A stretch of 64,000 nt of DNA from an uncultured Muribaculaceae bacterium. Lineage in GTDB: Bacteria; Bacteroidota; Bacteroidia; Bacteroidales; Muribaculaceae. The notes beneath the pieces are model-generated. The model was not told the origin of the DNA. It was given only the letters and a program-made list of their open reading frames with translations, and made no database searches. Position 1 is the stretch's first letter, and each line of letters opens with the position of its first letter. This document shows, piece after piece, positions 18,670 to 29,600 of the stretch. Made by a program: the position numbers and the translations under genes. The stretch is taken from positions 2,512-66,511 of the forward strand of contig CAMWIJ010000004.1 of NCBI GenBank assembly GCA_947174275.1, written 5' to 3'.

Positions 18670-19557
18670 ATGTCATTACCCAAACGCAATGCATTAGGCC
18701 GCGGACTCGACTCACTGATAGCCATGGACGATGTTCCGGCACGCGGGTCGTCGGTCATCAACGAAATAGCGCTTGACGCCATAACACCCAACCCGGGACA
18801 GCCGCGTACCACATTTGACGAGGACGCCCTCAACGATCTCGCTGTATCAATACGCGAAATAGGCATCATACAGCCGCTCTCGCTCCGTAAAATCGGTCCT
18901 GAGCAATATCAGATTATTGCCGGCGAACGCCGTTACCGCGCAGCCATCAAAGCCGGACTGACAACCGTGCCGGCATATATCCGTTCGGCCAACGACACAG
19001 AGCTGACCGAGATGGCGCTCATCGAGAATATACAGCGAGAGGATCTCAACGCAATAGAAATCGCCCTTACGTTCAAGAAACTCATCGACCAATACAGCCT
19101 GACACAGGAGCGTCTGAGCGAACGCATCGGCAAAAAACGCGCCACAATAGCCAACTTTCTGCGTCTGCTGCGGCTTCCTGCCGAAGTGCAGCTCGGTCTG
19201 CGCGACAAGCGCCTTGACATGGGGCATGCCCGCGCACTTCTTTCAATCGACAATCCGGCTCTGCAATTAAAGCTCTACAACGAGATTTTGCGTCAGGGTC
19301 TCTCTGTGCGCCGGGTTGAGGAACTTGCCAAAGCCTATCAGCTTGCCGACTCCGCACCGAAGAAAGAAAAAGCAACGCCCGCGTCAAACCGCGAGTTCGA
19401 GACACTGCGCCGACAGTTGTCGTCGGCATTCAACACCCCGGTGCAGTTTGCATGCGACAACTCCGGAAAAGGAAAAATCACATTCCCGTTCAAAAATCAG
19501 GATGAACTTGCCAAATTAATTACTATCTTTGATAGTCTGAAAACAAGAGAACAATAG
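18670..19557 (+). CDS. parB: Chromosome partitioning protein ParB (Spo0J)
   Basis: LGRGLDSL, NPGQPR, AGERRYRA, ENIQREDLN and an HTH region. Confidence 0.96.
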   Translation: MSLPKRNALGRGLDSLIAMDDVPARGSSVINEIALDAITPNPGQPRTTFDEDALNDLAVSIREIGIIQPLSLRKIGPEQYQIIAGERRYRAAIKAGLTTVPAYIRSANDTELTEMALIENIQREDLNAIEIALTFKKLIDQYSLTQERLSERIGKKRATIANFLRLLRLPAEVQLGLRDKRLDMGHARALLSIDNPALQLKLYNEILRQGLSVRRVEELAKAYQLADSAPKKEKATPASNREFETLRRQLSSAFNTPVQFACDNSGKGKITFPFKNQDELAKLITIFDSLKTREQ

Positions 19558-19619
19558 GCACAAAGCGGCGCAGTTGCAGACAAAGACATCCAACTCACTA
19601 CCGCTTAGCCGTTTATGCA

Positions 19620-20450
19620 ATGAAAAAAGAGAATACATCAAAAAAAGAATATATCACTGCGGTCGCCGGAAAGTCACTGTTGTCACTTCTGGCGGCGCTT
19701 TTGCTGTGCCCTTTTAACCTTTTTTCAAATTCTTTTGCAATTGCCTCGGCTGACGATGATGACCCGCAGTTGCCGCAAAGCATTCCGGTGGGCGAGACAC
19801 CGCTGCCGCAAGGTTCGGAAATTGTCGGAGAACAGATAATCAACAATGGCGACCGCATCAAATTCATACCGTCAGACACGGTCAATGTGGTCGACGCCGC
19901 AGCCATTGCCGACTCCATAGCCGGAATTACCGACGAATGGGTGCCACGGCAGATCGAGTTCAACCCCGACCCCACGCGGGCTGTCTGGCTCGCAGCCCTT
20001 TTCCCCGGACTCGGACAAGTCTACAACCGTCGCTACTGGAAGCTGCCGCTGATAGTGGGCGGATACCTCGGGCTCGGATACGCCACGAGCTGGAACAACG
20101 GCATGCTTACCGACTACACCAAAGCGTATGCCGACATCATGGACAACGACCCGACCACCAACAGCTACATGGATTTCTTCCCCTCGACAGTAAAAGAGGA
20201 GGATCTTGACAAGACATGGCTGACCAATATATTGCGTTCGCGCAAAAACTACTTCCGGCGCAACCGCGATCTATGCATCATCGGCATGGTGGCAGTGTAT
20301 CTGGTAGCCATCGTCGATGCATACGTCGACGCGTCGCTGGCTCATTTCGACATTTCCCCCGACCTTTCGATGGAAGTATATCCGTCGCTCATACAGGACG
20401 GACGCACGCGCCTTCCGTCAATGGGACTGCAATGGGCCATAACATTCTGA
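19620..20450 (+). CDS. DUF5683-like membrane protein
   Basis: P-x-RAVWLAALFPGLGQVYNRRYWKLP and DAYVDA motifs; usual position after parB in Bacteroidales. Confidence 0.8.
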   Translation: MKKENTSKKEYITAVAGKSLLSLLAALLLCPFNLFSNSFAIASADDDDPQLPQSIPVGETPLPQGSEIVGEQIINNGDRIKFIPSDTVNVVDAAAIADSIAGITDEWVPRQIEFNPDPTRAVWLAALFPGLGQVYNRRYWKLPLIVGGYLGLGYATSWNNGMLTDYTKAYADIMDNDPTTNSYMDFFPSTVKEEDLDKTWLTNILRSRKNYFRRNRDLCIIGMVAVYLVAIVDAYVDASLAHFDISPDLSMEVYPSLIQDGRTRLPSMGLQWAITF

Positions 20451-20479
20451 CAAGCAATCAAAGCTAAATCAACATCCTG

Positions 20480-22366
20480 ATGAACAAGATATTCCGCAAC
20501 ATAACCACAGCATTGTTTCTTGCCGCATCGGTTGCCGGCGCCACGGCCGCCGATATCCTCTCGGTCAGAGACACAATAACAGATCCGCATATTGTCTATC
20601 CGGCAAGTTTCGAGGCCGACACGCACCTTATGATGCAGAACTGGTATATGCAGAACTATACCGAACTGGCACGCGGCGACTATGGCTCAGGCCCTGCCGT
20701 TGAACCGACCGACGAAGAGCTCATACAGCGTCTGATGTCGATGCCGACCGTAATCGAAATGCCGTTTAACTCGGTTGTCAAATCATACATCAAGATGTAT
20801 GTCGACCGCCGCCGCTCGCTTGTCGAGAACATGCTCGGCATGTCGACCTACTACATGCCCATATTCGAGCAGGCACTCGAGCAGGAAGGTGTACCGATGG
20901 AACTGAAATATCTGCCCATAATCGAGTCGGCGCTCAACCCCAACGCCGTGTCACCCGCCGGAGCCACCGGTCTGTGGCAGTTCATGCTTCCAACAGCGCG
21001 CGGTCTCGGCATGGAGATAAACTCGCTCGTCGACGAGCGCCGCGACCCCATACGCTCGTCGCAGATGGCAGCACGCTACCTCAAGCAGCTCCACGACATC
21101 TACGGCGACTGGTCGCTTGCCATCGCCGCCTACAACTGCGGGCCGGGCAATGTCAACAAGGCAATACGCCGCGCCGGCGACGGTGAGAAAAAAGACTTTT
21201 GGGAAATTTATCCCTATCTTCCGGCCGAAACTCGCGGATATCTGCCTGGATTTATCGCGGCCAACTATGCGATGAATTATTATGACAAGCACAACATCTC
21301 GCCCGCCCTTGCACGACGTCCTATCGTAACAGACTCAGTCTATGTAAAAAAGCGTGTCTACTTCCAGCAGATTGCCGACGTGCTCAACATTCCCATCGAA
21401 GAGATACGCACGCTCAACCCGCAATACCGGCAGGACGTGATACCCGGCGACATCAAGGCTTATCCGCTTGTGCTGCCGTCGCATCAGGCACTCTGCTACA
21501 TAATCTCCGAAGACAGCATTGTGGCTCACGACGCCGGCAAGTATTCGCGCCGCGGAGTAGTGGAGCCATCGACCGGCGCATCAAAAGTAAGCGAAGACGG
21601 AAAATACATCATCACCGAAGAGGTCAAATTTCACAAAGTCAAAAAAGGCGACACATTCAGCGGCCTTGCGCGACGCTATGGCGTGACAGCCGCCTCCATC
21701 AAGAAGGCGAACGGCATAAAGACTCTCCGCCGCGGACGGACGATAAAGATTGTCACAACCAAAAAGACACTTAAGCCCGAAGAGCCCAAAGTGGAGACTC
21801 CGGTTGAGACCGCACCCGAAACAACCACACCCGAAACAACGGATAGCACCGACACCGCACTCATCGCCGAAAACACAGTCGATGACACTGCTGCTGACGA
21901 GCCGGAAGCCACAGAAACCAATGAAGTCGAACCGGAAACTGAGACGCCCGACACGGATGATGACACCGACGCATCCGAAATACAAGGAGAAGCATCTGAA
22001 GCTCCAGCCGTAGAGGGCGAAACGGGCAAAACGCTTTCAGGCGTCACCGCCGACGACCCTTCAGCCAATGAAGTAAGGCAGCGCATACAGTCGACATTCA
22101 ACTCACGCAAACAGTCGCCGGCACCGAATGCTGAAGAAACTACGGCCGCGGCACCGAAGCCGGAACAGCCGGCCGCCAAACCCGCCGCTGCAAAAGCATC
22201 AAAAGAGAAAGACAGCACACCTCGTCCGGTCTACCATAAAGTGAAAAAGGGCGAAACCCTGTCGAAAATAGCCCGACGCTACGGCACAACCGTCAAGAAA
22301 CTTCAGCAACTCAACGGCACTGACGGCTCGAAACTGAAAATCGGCCAGCGCGTAAGAGTCAAATGA
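20480..22366 (+). CDS. Lytic murein transglycosylase (MltD-like; SLT plus LysM domains)
   Basis: LPIIESALNP, AGATGLWQFM, AAYNCG, and two LysM repeats (HKVKKGDT, HKVKKGETL) separated by an acidic T/E/D/A/P-rich linker. Confidence 0.92.
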   Translation: MNKIFRNITTALFLAASVAGATAADILSVRDTITDPHIVYPASFEADTHLMMQNWYMQNYTELARGDYGSGPAVEPTDEELIQRLMSMPTVIEMPFNSVVKSYIKMYVDRRRSLVENMLGMSTYYMPIFEQALEQEGVPMELKYLPIIESALNPNAVSPAGATGLWQFMLPTARGLGMEINSLVDERRDPIRSSQMAARYLKQLHDIYGDWSLAIAAYNCGPGNVNKAIRRAGDGEKKDFWEIYPYLPAETRGYLPGFIAANYAMNYYDKHNISPALARRPIVTDSVYVKKRVYFQQIADVLNIPIEEIRTLNPQYRQDVIPGDIKAYPLVLPSHQALCYIISEDSIVAHDAGKYSRRGVVEPSTGASKVSEDGKYIITEEVKFHKVKKGDTFSGLARRYGVTAASIKKANGIKTLRRGRTIKIVTTKKTLKPEEPKVETPVETAPETTTPETTDSTDTALIAENTVDDTAADEPEATETNEVEPETETPDTDDDTDASEIQGEASEAPAVEGETGKTLSGVTADDPSANEVRQRIQSTFNSRKQSPAPNAEETTAAAPKPEQPAAKPAAAKASKEKDSTPRPVYHKVKKGETLSKIARRYGTTVKKLQQLNGTDGSKLKIGQRVRVK

Positions 22367-23625
22367 CGCATAGCCCTTTCACCACAAGCGAAAGCCAGAC
22401 AATGGACAACAACGTAAAAGATATAAATATAGAGGAATTCGACTATCCGCTCCCCGACGAGCGGATAGCAAAGCACCCGCTTGAGCAGCGCGACGCATGC
22501 CGGCTGCTTGTGCGTCATGCCGACGGCTCAATCTCCGATCATATATTTTCCGAGCTCGACAGTCTGCTTCCCGCCGACTCGATGCTGATATACAACAATA
22601 CGCGTGTAATCAACGCGCGCCTTCGTTTCCGCAAAGGAGAGGACGGCACGGGAGCCCTGATAGAGATATTCTGCCTTGAGCCTGACACACCGGCCGATTA
22701 CGCGCAGAACTTCGCTTCGACCACCGGCTGCTCCTGGACATGCTTCGTAGGCAATTCCAAACGATGGAAATCAGGATCACTTTCGGCTGAAATCAACGTC
22801 GACGGCATTGCGGTCAAACTCATAGCCGAACGTATCGCGCGCCACGACAATACGTCTGTAGTGCATTTCTCATGGGACAATCCCGCAGTTACATTCTCAC
22901 AAATCATATCATCGGCCGGAGAAATACCGATTCCTCCCTACCTCAACCGCTCGACCGAAGCCACCGACAGCACCGACTATCAGACTGTCTACAGCCACAT
23001 CGAAGGCTCCGTAGCCGCTCCGACAGCCGGACTGCACTTCACCGAACCACTGCTGCAACGCATCTCGCAACGAGGCATTCCACGCCGTGAACTCACGCTC
23101 CATGTCGGAGCCGGAACATTCCAGCCTGTCAAAAGCGACACCATAGGCGAACACACCATGCACAGCGAATGGATAGCAGTCGGCAGGCAGCTCATCGCCG
23201 AACTTGCCGCCACCGACCGCAAGGTGATTGCCGTTGGCACGACATCGGTCAGGACACTCGAAAGCCTCTACCACATCGGCTGTCTTATCAGCGAAGGCAA
23301 GCCGGCCGGAGAAGTGCCACAATGGTATCCTTATGCGCCCGGGCATCCTGCGCTGTCGCGTAAAGATGCGTTTGGCCGGATACTGAAATATCTTGATGAC
23401 AACGGCCTCGCCACTCTGATTTCCGCCACCCGCATCATCATCGCACCCGGCTACACTTACCGCGTGATCGACGGCATGGTGACAAACTTCCATCAGCCGC
23501 GCTCCACCCTGCTGCTGCTTGTCTCAGCCTTTACCGGCGGCGACTGGCGTCCGATCTACGATTTCGCATTGCAGCATGACTACCGGTTTCTGAGTTATGG
23601 CGACGGCTCTCTCCTACTCAAATAA
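22363..23625 (+). CDS. queA: S-adenosylmethionine:tRNA ribosyltransferase-isomerase
   Basis: FDYPLPDERIA, NNTRVI, PIPPYL, YQTVY, GSVAAPTAGLHFT, TNFHQP and FLSYGD; start may be 22402. Confidence 0.95.
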   Translation: MTHSPFTTSESQTMDNNVKDINIEEFDYPLPDERIAKHPLEQRDACRLLVRHADGSISDHIFSELDSLLPADSMLIYNNTRVINARLRFRKGEDGTGALIEIFCLEPDTPADYAQNFASTTGCSWTCFVGNSKRWKSGSLSAEINVDGIAVKLIAERIARHDNTSVVHFSWDNPAVTFSQIISSAGEIPIPPYLNRSTEATDSTDYQTVYSHIEGSVAAPTAGLHFTEPLLQRISQRGIPRRELTLHVGAGTFQPVKSDTIGEHTMHSEWIAVGRQLIAELAATDRKVIAVGTTSVRTLESLYHIGCLISEGKPAGEVPQWYPYAPGHPALSRKDAFGRILKYLDDNGLATLISATRIIIAPGYTYRVIDGMVTNFHQPRSTLLLLVSAFTGGDWRPIYDFALQHDYRFLSYGDGSLLLK

Positions 23626-23634
23626 AAAACAATC

Positions 23635-23937
23635 ATGTATATAATAAACACATCTTTTCATGCGGGGCGCCCGGTAGCCGACAGTATTATCGGCGATATC
23701 CGCGCCGGACTGATGCCCATGATGGCGGAGTCAACGCTTTTTTCCGACATCGTCATGGCCGAGATACTTGTGGAAGTCGATCCCGACTGCAAGAGTTTCA
23801 CACTGCAGGGCAAGGTCAGCGACCTGGACAAAGCTATGGAATGGTTTCAGAGCAAAGGACAGGCGTTTCTCAACCGACTGCACCGCGACTACGGTCAGAA
23901 TGTAGTGTATTTCACCACACCGATGCGACTGTTATAA
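23635..23937 (+). CDS. DUF4286-like small protein
   Basis: MYIINTSFH...F-T-LQ...YFTT-x-M pattern and position just upstream of ruvC, as in Bacteroidales. Confidence 0.65.
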   Translation: MYIINTSFHAGRPVADSIIGDIRAGLMPMMAESTLFSDIVMAEILVEVDPDCKSFTLQGKVSDLDKAMEWFQSKGQAFLNRLHRDYGQNVVYFTTPMRLL

Positions 23938-23947
23938 AAGATATCCG

Positions 23948-24532
23948 ATGGCATCAGCAGAACACCCGCTCAAGGATTGGGACAGAATAATCATAGGCAT
24001 CGACCCCGGCACGAATGTGATGGGATATGCCATACTCGGCGTCAAGGGAAAGAAACCGGCCATGATAGCCATGGGAGTGATACAGCTCGACAAATTCGAG
24101 AGCCACTACCTGAGGTTGCGCCGTATCTATGACCGTGTGCTTGGCCTCGTGGAGCAGTACCTGCCCGATGAAATGGCGATAGAAGCCCCGTTCTTCGGCA
24201 AAAACGTGCAGTCGATGCTAAAGCTCGGACGCGCTCAGGGCGTGGCGATGGCGGCGGCACTGTCACGCGACATACCCATTACCGAATATGAACCGCGCAA
24301 AATCAAAATGGCTATTACCGGCAACGGCGCGGCATCAAAAGAGCAGGTAAAGGAACTGTTGCGGCGCATACTCGACATTCCCGAAGAGAATATGCTCCCG
24401 CAACTCGACGCCACTGACGCTCTCGGCGCCGCACTCTGCCACTTCTATGAGTCTGCCAAACCGGCAGTGGCCCGCGGAGCATCTTCGTGGAAATCATTCA
24501 TTGCAGCCCACCCCGATAGGGTAAAGATGTAA
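23948..24532 (+). CDS. ruvC: Crossover junction endodeoxyribonuclease RuvC
   Basis: [32 protein letters not shown] and DATDAL. Confidence 0.96.
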   Translation: MASAEHPLKDWDRIIIGIDPGTNVMGYAILGVKGKKPAMIAMGVIQLDKFESHYLRLRRIYDRVLGLVEQYLPDEMAIEAPFFGKNVQSMLKLGRAQGVAMAAALSRDIPITEYEPRKIKMAITGNGAASKEQVKELLRRILDIPEENMLPQLDATDALGAALCHFYESAKPAVARGASSWKSFIAAHPDRVKM

Positions 24533-24559
24533 ACAGTTAATTACGAAAACAGAAACAAA

Positions 24560-25600
24560 ATGGCAAAAGTAGGCGATACAGTGCGTTTTCTCAATAGCAT
24601 AGGCGGAGGCCGCATAGTCCGCATCGAAGGCAACATAGCCCATGTGGAAGATTCCGACGGATTTGAAGTGCCGGCTCTTCTGAGGGAATGCGTCGTTGTC
24701 ATGGAAGCCACCGCTGACAACGGAGCGAAACAACAGACCAAAACATCGGAAAAACCGAAAGCAGAGACTCCGGAATTACCGAAAATAGAGACTGCCGGCG
24801 GCGACAGCATCAACATAGTGATGGCTTTCGAGCCGACTGACATAAAATCGCTGTCAAGTTCAGAATTCGATGCCGTGCTTGTCAACGACTCAAATTATTT
24901 CCTGAGTTTCACATTCGCCACCCGCACCGACAGCGATGCGGGCTGGACACTTCGCCGCGCCGGCACAGTCGAGCCCAACATAGTATTGACAATGTGCACT
25001 CTGGCGCCCTCTCAGCTTAATGAAGTTGACCGCACGCTCCTTCAGGTCATCGCTTACAAGGATGACAAGGCTTACGAGTGCAAGGCTCCGGTATCAGTCG
25101 AGACAAAAATCGACAACACAAAATTCTTCAAACTGCACTGCTTCAAGAGCAATCCGTATTTCGACAATCCGGTCATTGCCATTGACATCGTGAAAGATGA
25201 CCGACCCGCAGTGCCGGTCACTATAGATGCTGCACAGCTGCAAAAAGCCATGCGTGAGAAAAACGACAACTCCCCCGCTCCGCGGAAAGCGTCAAAATCA
25301 TCACGCCACACCAAAAATGAAATTATAGAAGTCGACCTGCATATCACCGAACTGCTCGACAACACCGCAGGACTCAGCCGTGCCGACATGCTCAACCGTC
25401 AGATTGACGAATTTCGTAGAGTAATGGATGCCAATCTGCGCAACCACGGACAGAAAATCGTGTTCATCCACGGCAAGGGAGAGGGTGTGTTGCGTCAGGC
25501 TCTCTACAAAGAGCTCAACCACCGCTACAAAGGCCACGACGTGAGCGACGCGTCATTCAGAGAATACGGGTTCGGCGCCACGCAGGTGGTGATACGCTAA
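24560..25600 (+). CDS. DUF2027 / Smr-domain protein
   Basis: N-terminal KVGDTVRFLN SH3-like segment; C-terminal Smr domain (EVDLHI, FIHGKGEGVLR, DASFREYGFGAT). Confidence 0.88.
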   Translation: MAKVGDTVRFLNSIGGGRIVRIEGNIAHVEDSDGFEVPALLRECVVVMEATADNGAKQQTKTSEKPKAETPELPKIETAGGDSINIVMAFEPTDIKSLSSSEFDAVLVNDSNYFLSFTFATRTDSDAGWTLRRAGTVEPNIVLTMCTLAPSQLNEVDRTLLQVIAYKDDKAYECKAPVSVETKIDNTKFFKLHCFKSNPYFDNPVIAIDIVKDDRPAVPVTIDAAQLQKAMREKNDNSPAPRKASKSSRHTKNEIIEVDLHITELLDNTAGLSRADMLNRQIDEFRRVMDANLRNHGQKIVFIHGKGEGVLRQALYKELNHRYKGHDVSDASFREYGFGATQVVIR

Positions 25601-25632
25601 CCCTCCGGATACATCACGAAAAAGATACACAA

Positions 25633-26400
25633 ATGATTATATATTTTACCGGAACCGGCAACAGCCGCGACATTGCGACAAGGCTGTCAGAGGCACTTGC
25701 CGACAACGACATCGTGGAACTGAGCGGCAGAGTGTTGCGCGACAAGGATCTGAAAGCCGCACAGCCATGCCGGGCAGTAGTCTGGGTGTTTCCGGTCTAC
25801 AGCTGGGGCGTCCCCCCCGTAGTTGCCGACTTCATCAAGAATGTAAGACTGACAGGCACTCTTGCGGCGGCACATCATCTGGTGGCGACATGCGGCGACG
25901 ACGCCGGACTGACTGCACGGCAGTGGCGCAGACTTATACGGCGCCGGGGCTGGACGCCGGCTTCCGCATCAACCGTAATCATGCCCAACACTTACACTCT
26001 GATGAAAGGCTTCGATGTCGACCCCGACGAGCTTGCCGACGAAAAGCTCATGGCATCCCGACCGCGCGTGGCTGAAATAGCACGCCGCATAAAAGACAAC
26101 GCCGTAGATGACGATGTGATAAAGGGACGTTTCGCATGGTTTAAAAGCAATATAATATATCCGTGGTTCAAACGTTTCGCCATGAGTCCGAAACCGTTTC
26201 ACGCCACCGACAGCTGCACAGGCTGCGGCCTTTGCGCACGCCGTTGTCCGCTCGGCAATATCACCATGAACGATAACCGTCGCCCATGCTGGGGCAACGA
26301 TTGCGCACTGTGTCTGCGCTGCTACCACACATGCCCCACAGCCGCCGTACAATATGGCAAAGCCACACGCGGCAAAGGACGTTTCCTTAATAAAAACTGA
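25633..26400 (+). CDS. EFR1-family flavodoxin / 4Fe-4S ferredoxin fusion
   Basis: YFTGTGNS and FPVYSWG flavodoxin motifs plus CTGCGLCARRCP and CALCLRCYHTCP. Confidence 0.88.
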   Translation: MIIYFTGTGNSRDIATRLSEALADNDIVELSGRVLRDKDLKAAQPCRAVVWVFPVYSWGVPPVVADFIKNVRLTGTLAAAHHLVATCGDDAGLTARQWRRLIRRRGWTPASASTVIMPNTYTLMKGFDVDPDELADEKLMASRPRVAEIARRIKDNAVDDDVIKGRFAWFKSNIIYPWFKRFAMSPKPFHATDSCTGCGLCARRCPLGNITMNDNRRPCWGNDCALCLRCYHTCPTAAVQYGKATRGKGRFLNKN

Positions 26401-26426
26401 CCTTAAGCAATTCACGACATTGACAG

Positions 26427-26467
26427 CGACTGCATGTCAGCGGCACACGCGACATGCAGTCGTTTTT
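26427..26467 (+). terminator. Intrinsic terminator ending the parA...EFR1 gene run
   Basis: 12-bp stem cgactgcatgtc / gacatgcagtcg followed by ttttt. Confidence 0.8.
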
Positions 26468-26473
26468 ACATAC

Positions 26474-26551
26474 TTTCACGGATTTTTATTGCATTTTCAC
26501 GGATTTTTTATGTAAAAATTTGCAAAAAAGAAGAAAAACAACATATTTTTG
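26474..26551 (+). promoter_or_regulatory. susC promoter with upstream 14-bp direct repeat (probable activator site)
   Basis: tttcacggattttt at 26474 and 26495 (21-bp period); -33 TTTG at 26519-26522, 21-bp spacer, -7 TATTTTTG at 26544-26551. Confidence 0.7.
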
Positions 26552-26698
26552 CTACACACCGTTCATATACAATGTGCAAATATCTATCACACATATTATG
26601 GCGGCGTGACTAACCAATCATCAGTTGCGACAGTCATTGCGTCAGCCTTACATTCAGTCTTTTTACAGAAATATATCAATCATTTAACATACCAACCA

Positions 26699-29600
26699 AT
26701 GAGAAAGGTAACGCTATTTCTTGCATTTATGCTAATGGCAGTAAATGCGTTCGCGCAGTTGTCGCGAATTACGGGAACAGTGCTTTCGGATGATGACGGC
26801 GAACCTATCATAGGCGCCACAGTCACCGTCACAGGCACTAAAAATTCCACTTCGACTGATGCCGACGGTCATTTTACAATCTCCAATCTGACGCCCTCAG
26901 ACAAAACCGTTACAGTCACCTTCATCGGCATGGAGTCTGTGACCGCGCCCATCGCTCCTGACATGACGGTAAGAATGCGGATAAAGTCAGAAATGATGGA
27001 CGAAGTCGTAGTAGTAGCGTTCGGTAAACAGAAACGCGAAGCTTTCACCGGTTCGGCCGGAGTACTGAAATCAGATGATATCACAAAGCTTCAGGTCAAC
27101 GATGCTGTCACAGCCCTTGACGGAAAAGTAGCCGGTGTGCAGATACTGACCTCAAACGATCCGTCGGGAGAGCCCGAAATCACCATTCGCGGCATCGGCT
27201 CGCTCACAGCAGGCACTTCACCGCTTATTGTTGTCGACGGTATGCCCTACAACGGATATCTGCGCGACATAAACCCTGCCGATGTCGACAATATTTCAGT
27301 GTTGAAAGACGCAGCCTCCAACTCTCTCTACGGTGCGCGCGGAGCCAACGGAGTCATCCTCATCACCACAAAAAGCGCCCAACGTGGCAACACTCGCGCC
27401 ACGGTCGACATGAAATGGGGCGTTAACACCGATGCTAAAGTCGACTATAATATAATCGACAATCCAGGAGAATATTACGAAGCTCAGTATCTCGCTCTGC
27501 GCAACTACTACACCCGTTCTCAGGGATATTCCATGCAGGAGGCCCACCTGCGCGCCAACAATGCGCTCGGAGGGAGTGCCGACGCCGGAGGTCTCGGATA
27601 CATTGTCTATTCAGTGCCGCGCAACCAGACACTCATAGGCACAAACGGCAAGCTGAATCCAAACGCCATACTCGGAAACCGTATCGACTACAACGGAATG
27701 ACATATATGGTCACACCCGACAACTGGCGTGACTACGGTATCCGCAACGGTTTCCGTCAGGAATATAATGTCAACCTCTCGGGCGGCACAGACAAATATA
27801 ATTTCTACGGGTCGCTCGGCTACCTCGACAACGAAGGTATTACCTACGGCTCTCATCTGCGCCGTTACACCGCACGACTCAAGACCGAATATCAGGCCTA
27901 CCAGTGGATGCGCATCGGTGCGACAGCCGGCTACACCCACACCGAGAGTGATGCCAACAACGAAGCCTTTGAAGTATGCCACAACATGGCGCCGATTTAT
28001 CCACTGTTCATACGCGACGGCAACGGCCGCATACTGACCGACAGCCACGGCAAGATGTATGACTACGGCGACGGCGGCAATGCCGGACTCATAAGAAATA
28101 TTGAAAAAAGCGGCAACCCGCTGCAAAACGACCGGCTCAACACCGACTGCCTCAACACCAACGCATTCAACATGCAGGGATACGCCAATATCGATTTCCT
28201 CAAAGACTTCCGTCTGACCATCAACGGGAGCGTCTACGTGCTCGAGACACGCTACAACATAGCCATAAATCCCTACTACGGATTCACGACCGAGACCGGA
28301 GGCTATGTATATACCGATCATTACCGTCTTACCGACACCAACTTCCAGCAGCTTCTGAACTGGAACCATTCCTACGGACGCCACACGATAGAAGCCCTTC
28401 TCGGCCACGAATATAACCGTTCGAGCAAAACTGACCTCAACGCAGCCCGCAACAATGTGGCGATGTTCGACCAGAATATCGAACTTGACGGAGCCGTGCT
28501 CAACGGTGATATCAACGGCAACAAATCGCTCTACAACGTCGAGGGATATTTCGCACGCGCTCAATATGACTACGATAACCGCTACTTCGCGTCAGCCTCA
28601 TATCGCCGCGACGGGTCATCGCGCTTCCATCCCGACCACCGCTGGGGTAACTTCTGGAGCGCAGGTGCCGCATGGATCATAAGCAAGGAAAACTTCTTCC
28701 CCAAGACTCCGGCGATAAACATGCTCAAATACAAGATATCATACGGACAACAGGGCAACGACAATATCGGCGACTTCCGTTATTGCGACTATTACACCAT
28801 CGAGAACTCCAATGACGAGGTCGCTGTGCTGTTCAACCGCAAAGGCAATCCTGACATAACCTGGGAAACGGTGGGCAGCTTCAACACCGGATTTGAATTC
28901 GATATGTTCAACTCACGGCTCGGAGGAAGCATCGAGTATTATTACCGCAAGACATCCGACATGCTTACCGTCACCGAAACTCCGAGCTCTCTGGGCTACA
29001 CCTATTACTATGCCAATATCGGCGACATGCGCAACCACGGCGTCGAAATCACACTCTCGGCGACACCCATACGCACCCGCGACTTCACGTGGACACTCAA
29101 CGGCAACATCTCTATCGAGAACAACCGCGTGCTCCGACTGCCCGATGACAAGAAACAGAGCTCTCTTGACGGACATGCCGGATATCAGAGCGGCTGGTTC
29201 TTCTATGGCGAAGGCCTCCCTGTCTATACATGGTATATGCCGCAATATGCCGGAGTAAACAGCAACGGACAGCCCATGTGGGTATCTACCGCCGACAATG
29301 CCGACACCGACGCGTCAGGCGCTCCGGTAATGAAAAACGGAAAATACGCCACCTCCGACTATTCCAAGTCAGAATATCTTGACTGTGGCTCGGCTCTTCC
29401 TAATGCATTCGGCGGATTTGGCACGACATTCAATTTCTTCGGTGTTGACCTGTCAGCCCAGTTCAACTTCTCTATCGGAGGCAAGAAGCTCGATTACGGA
29501 TACCAGACACTCATGAGCTCACCCATGTCGGGTTTCACAGGCTACAATATCCACCGCGACGCCGTCAACGGCTGGTCGGAAAGCAATCCTGACAGCAACA

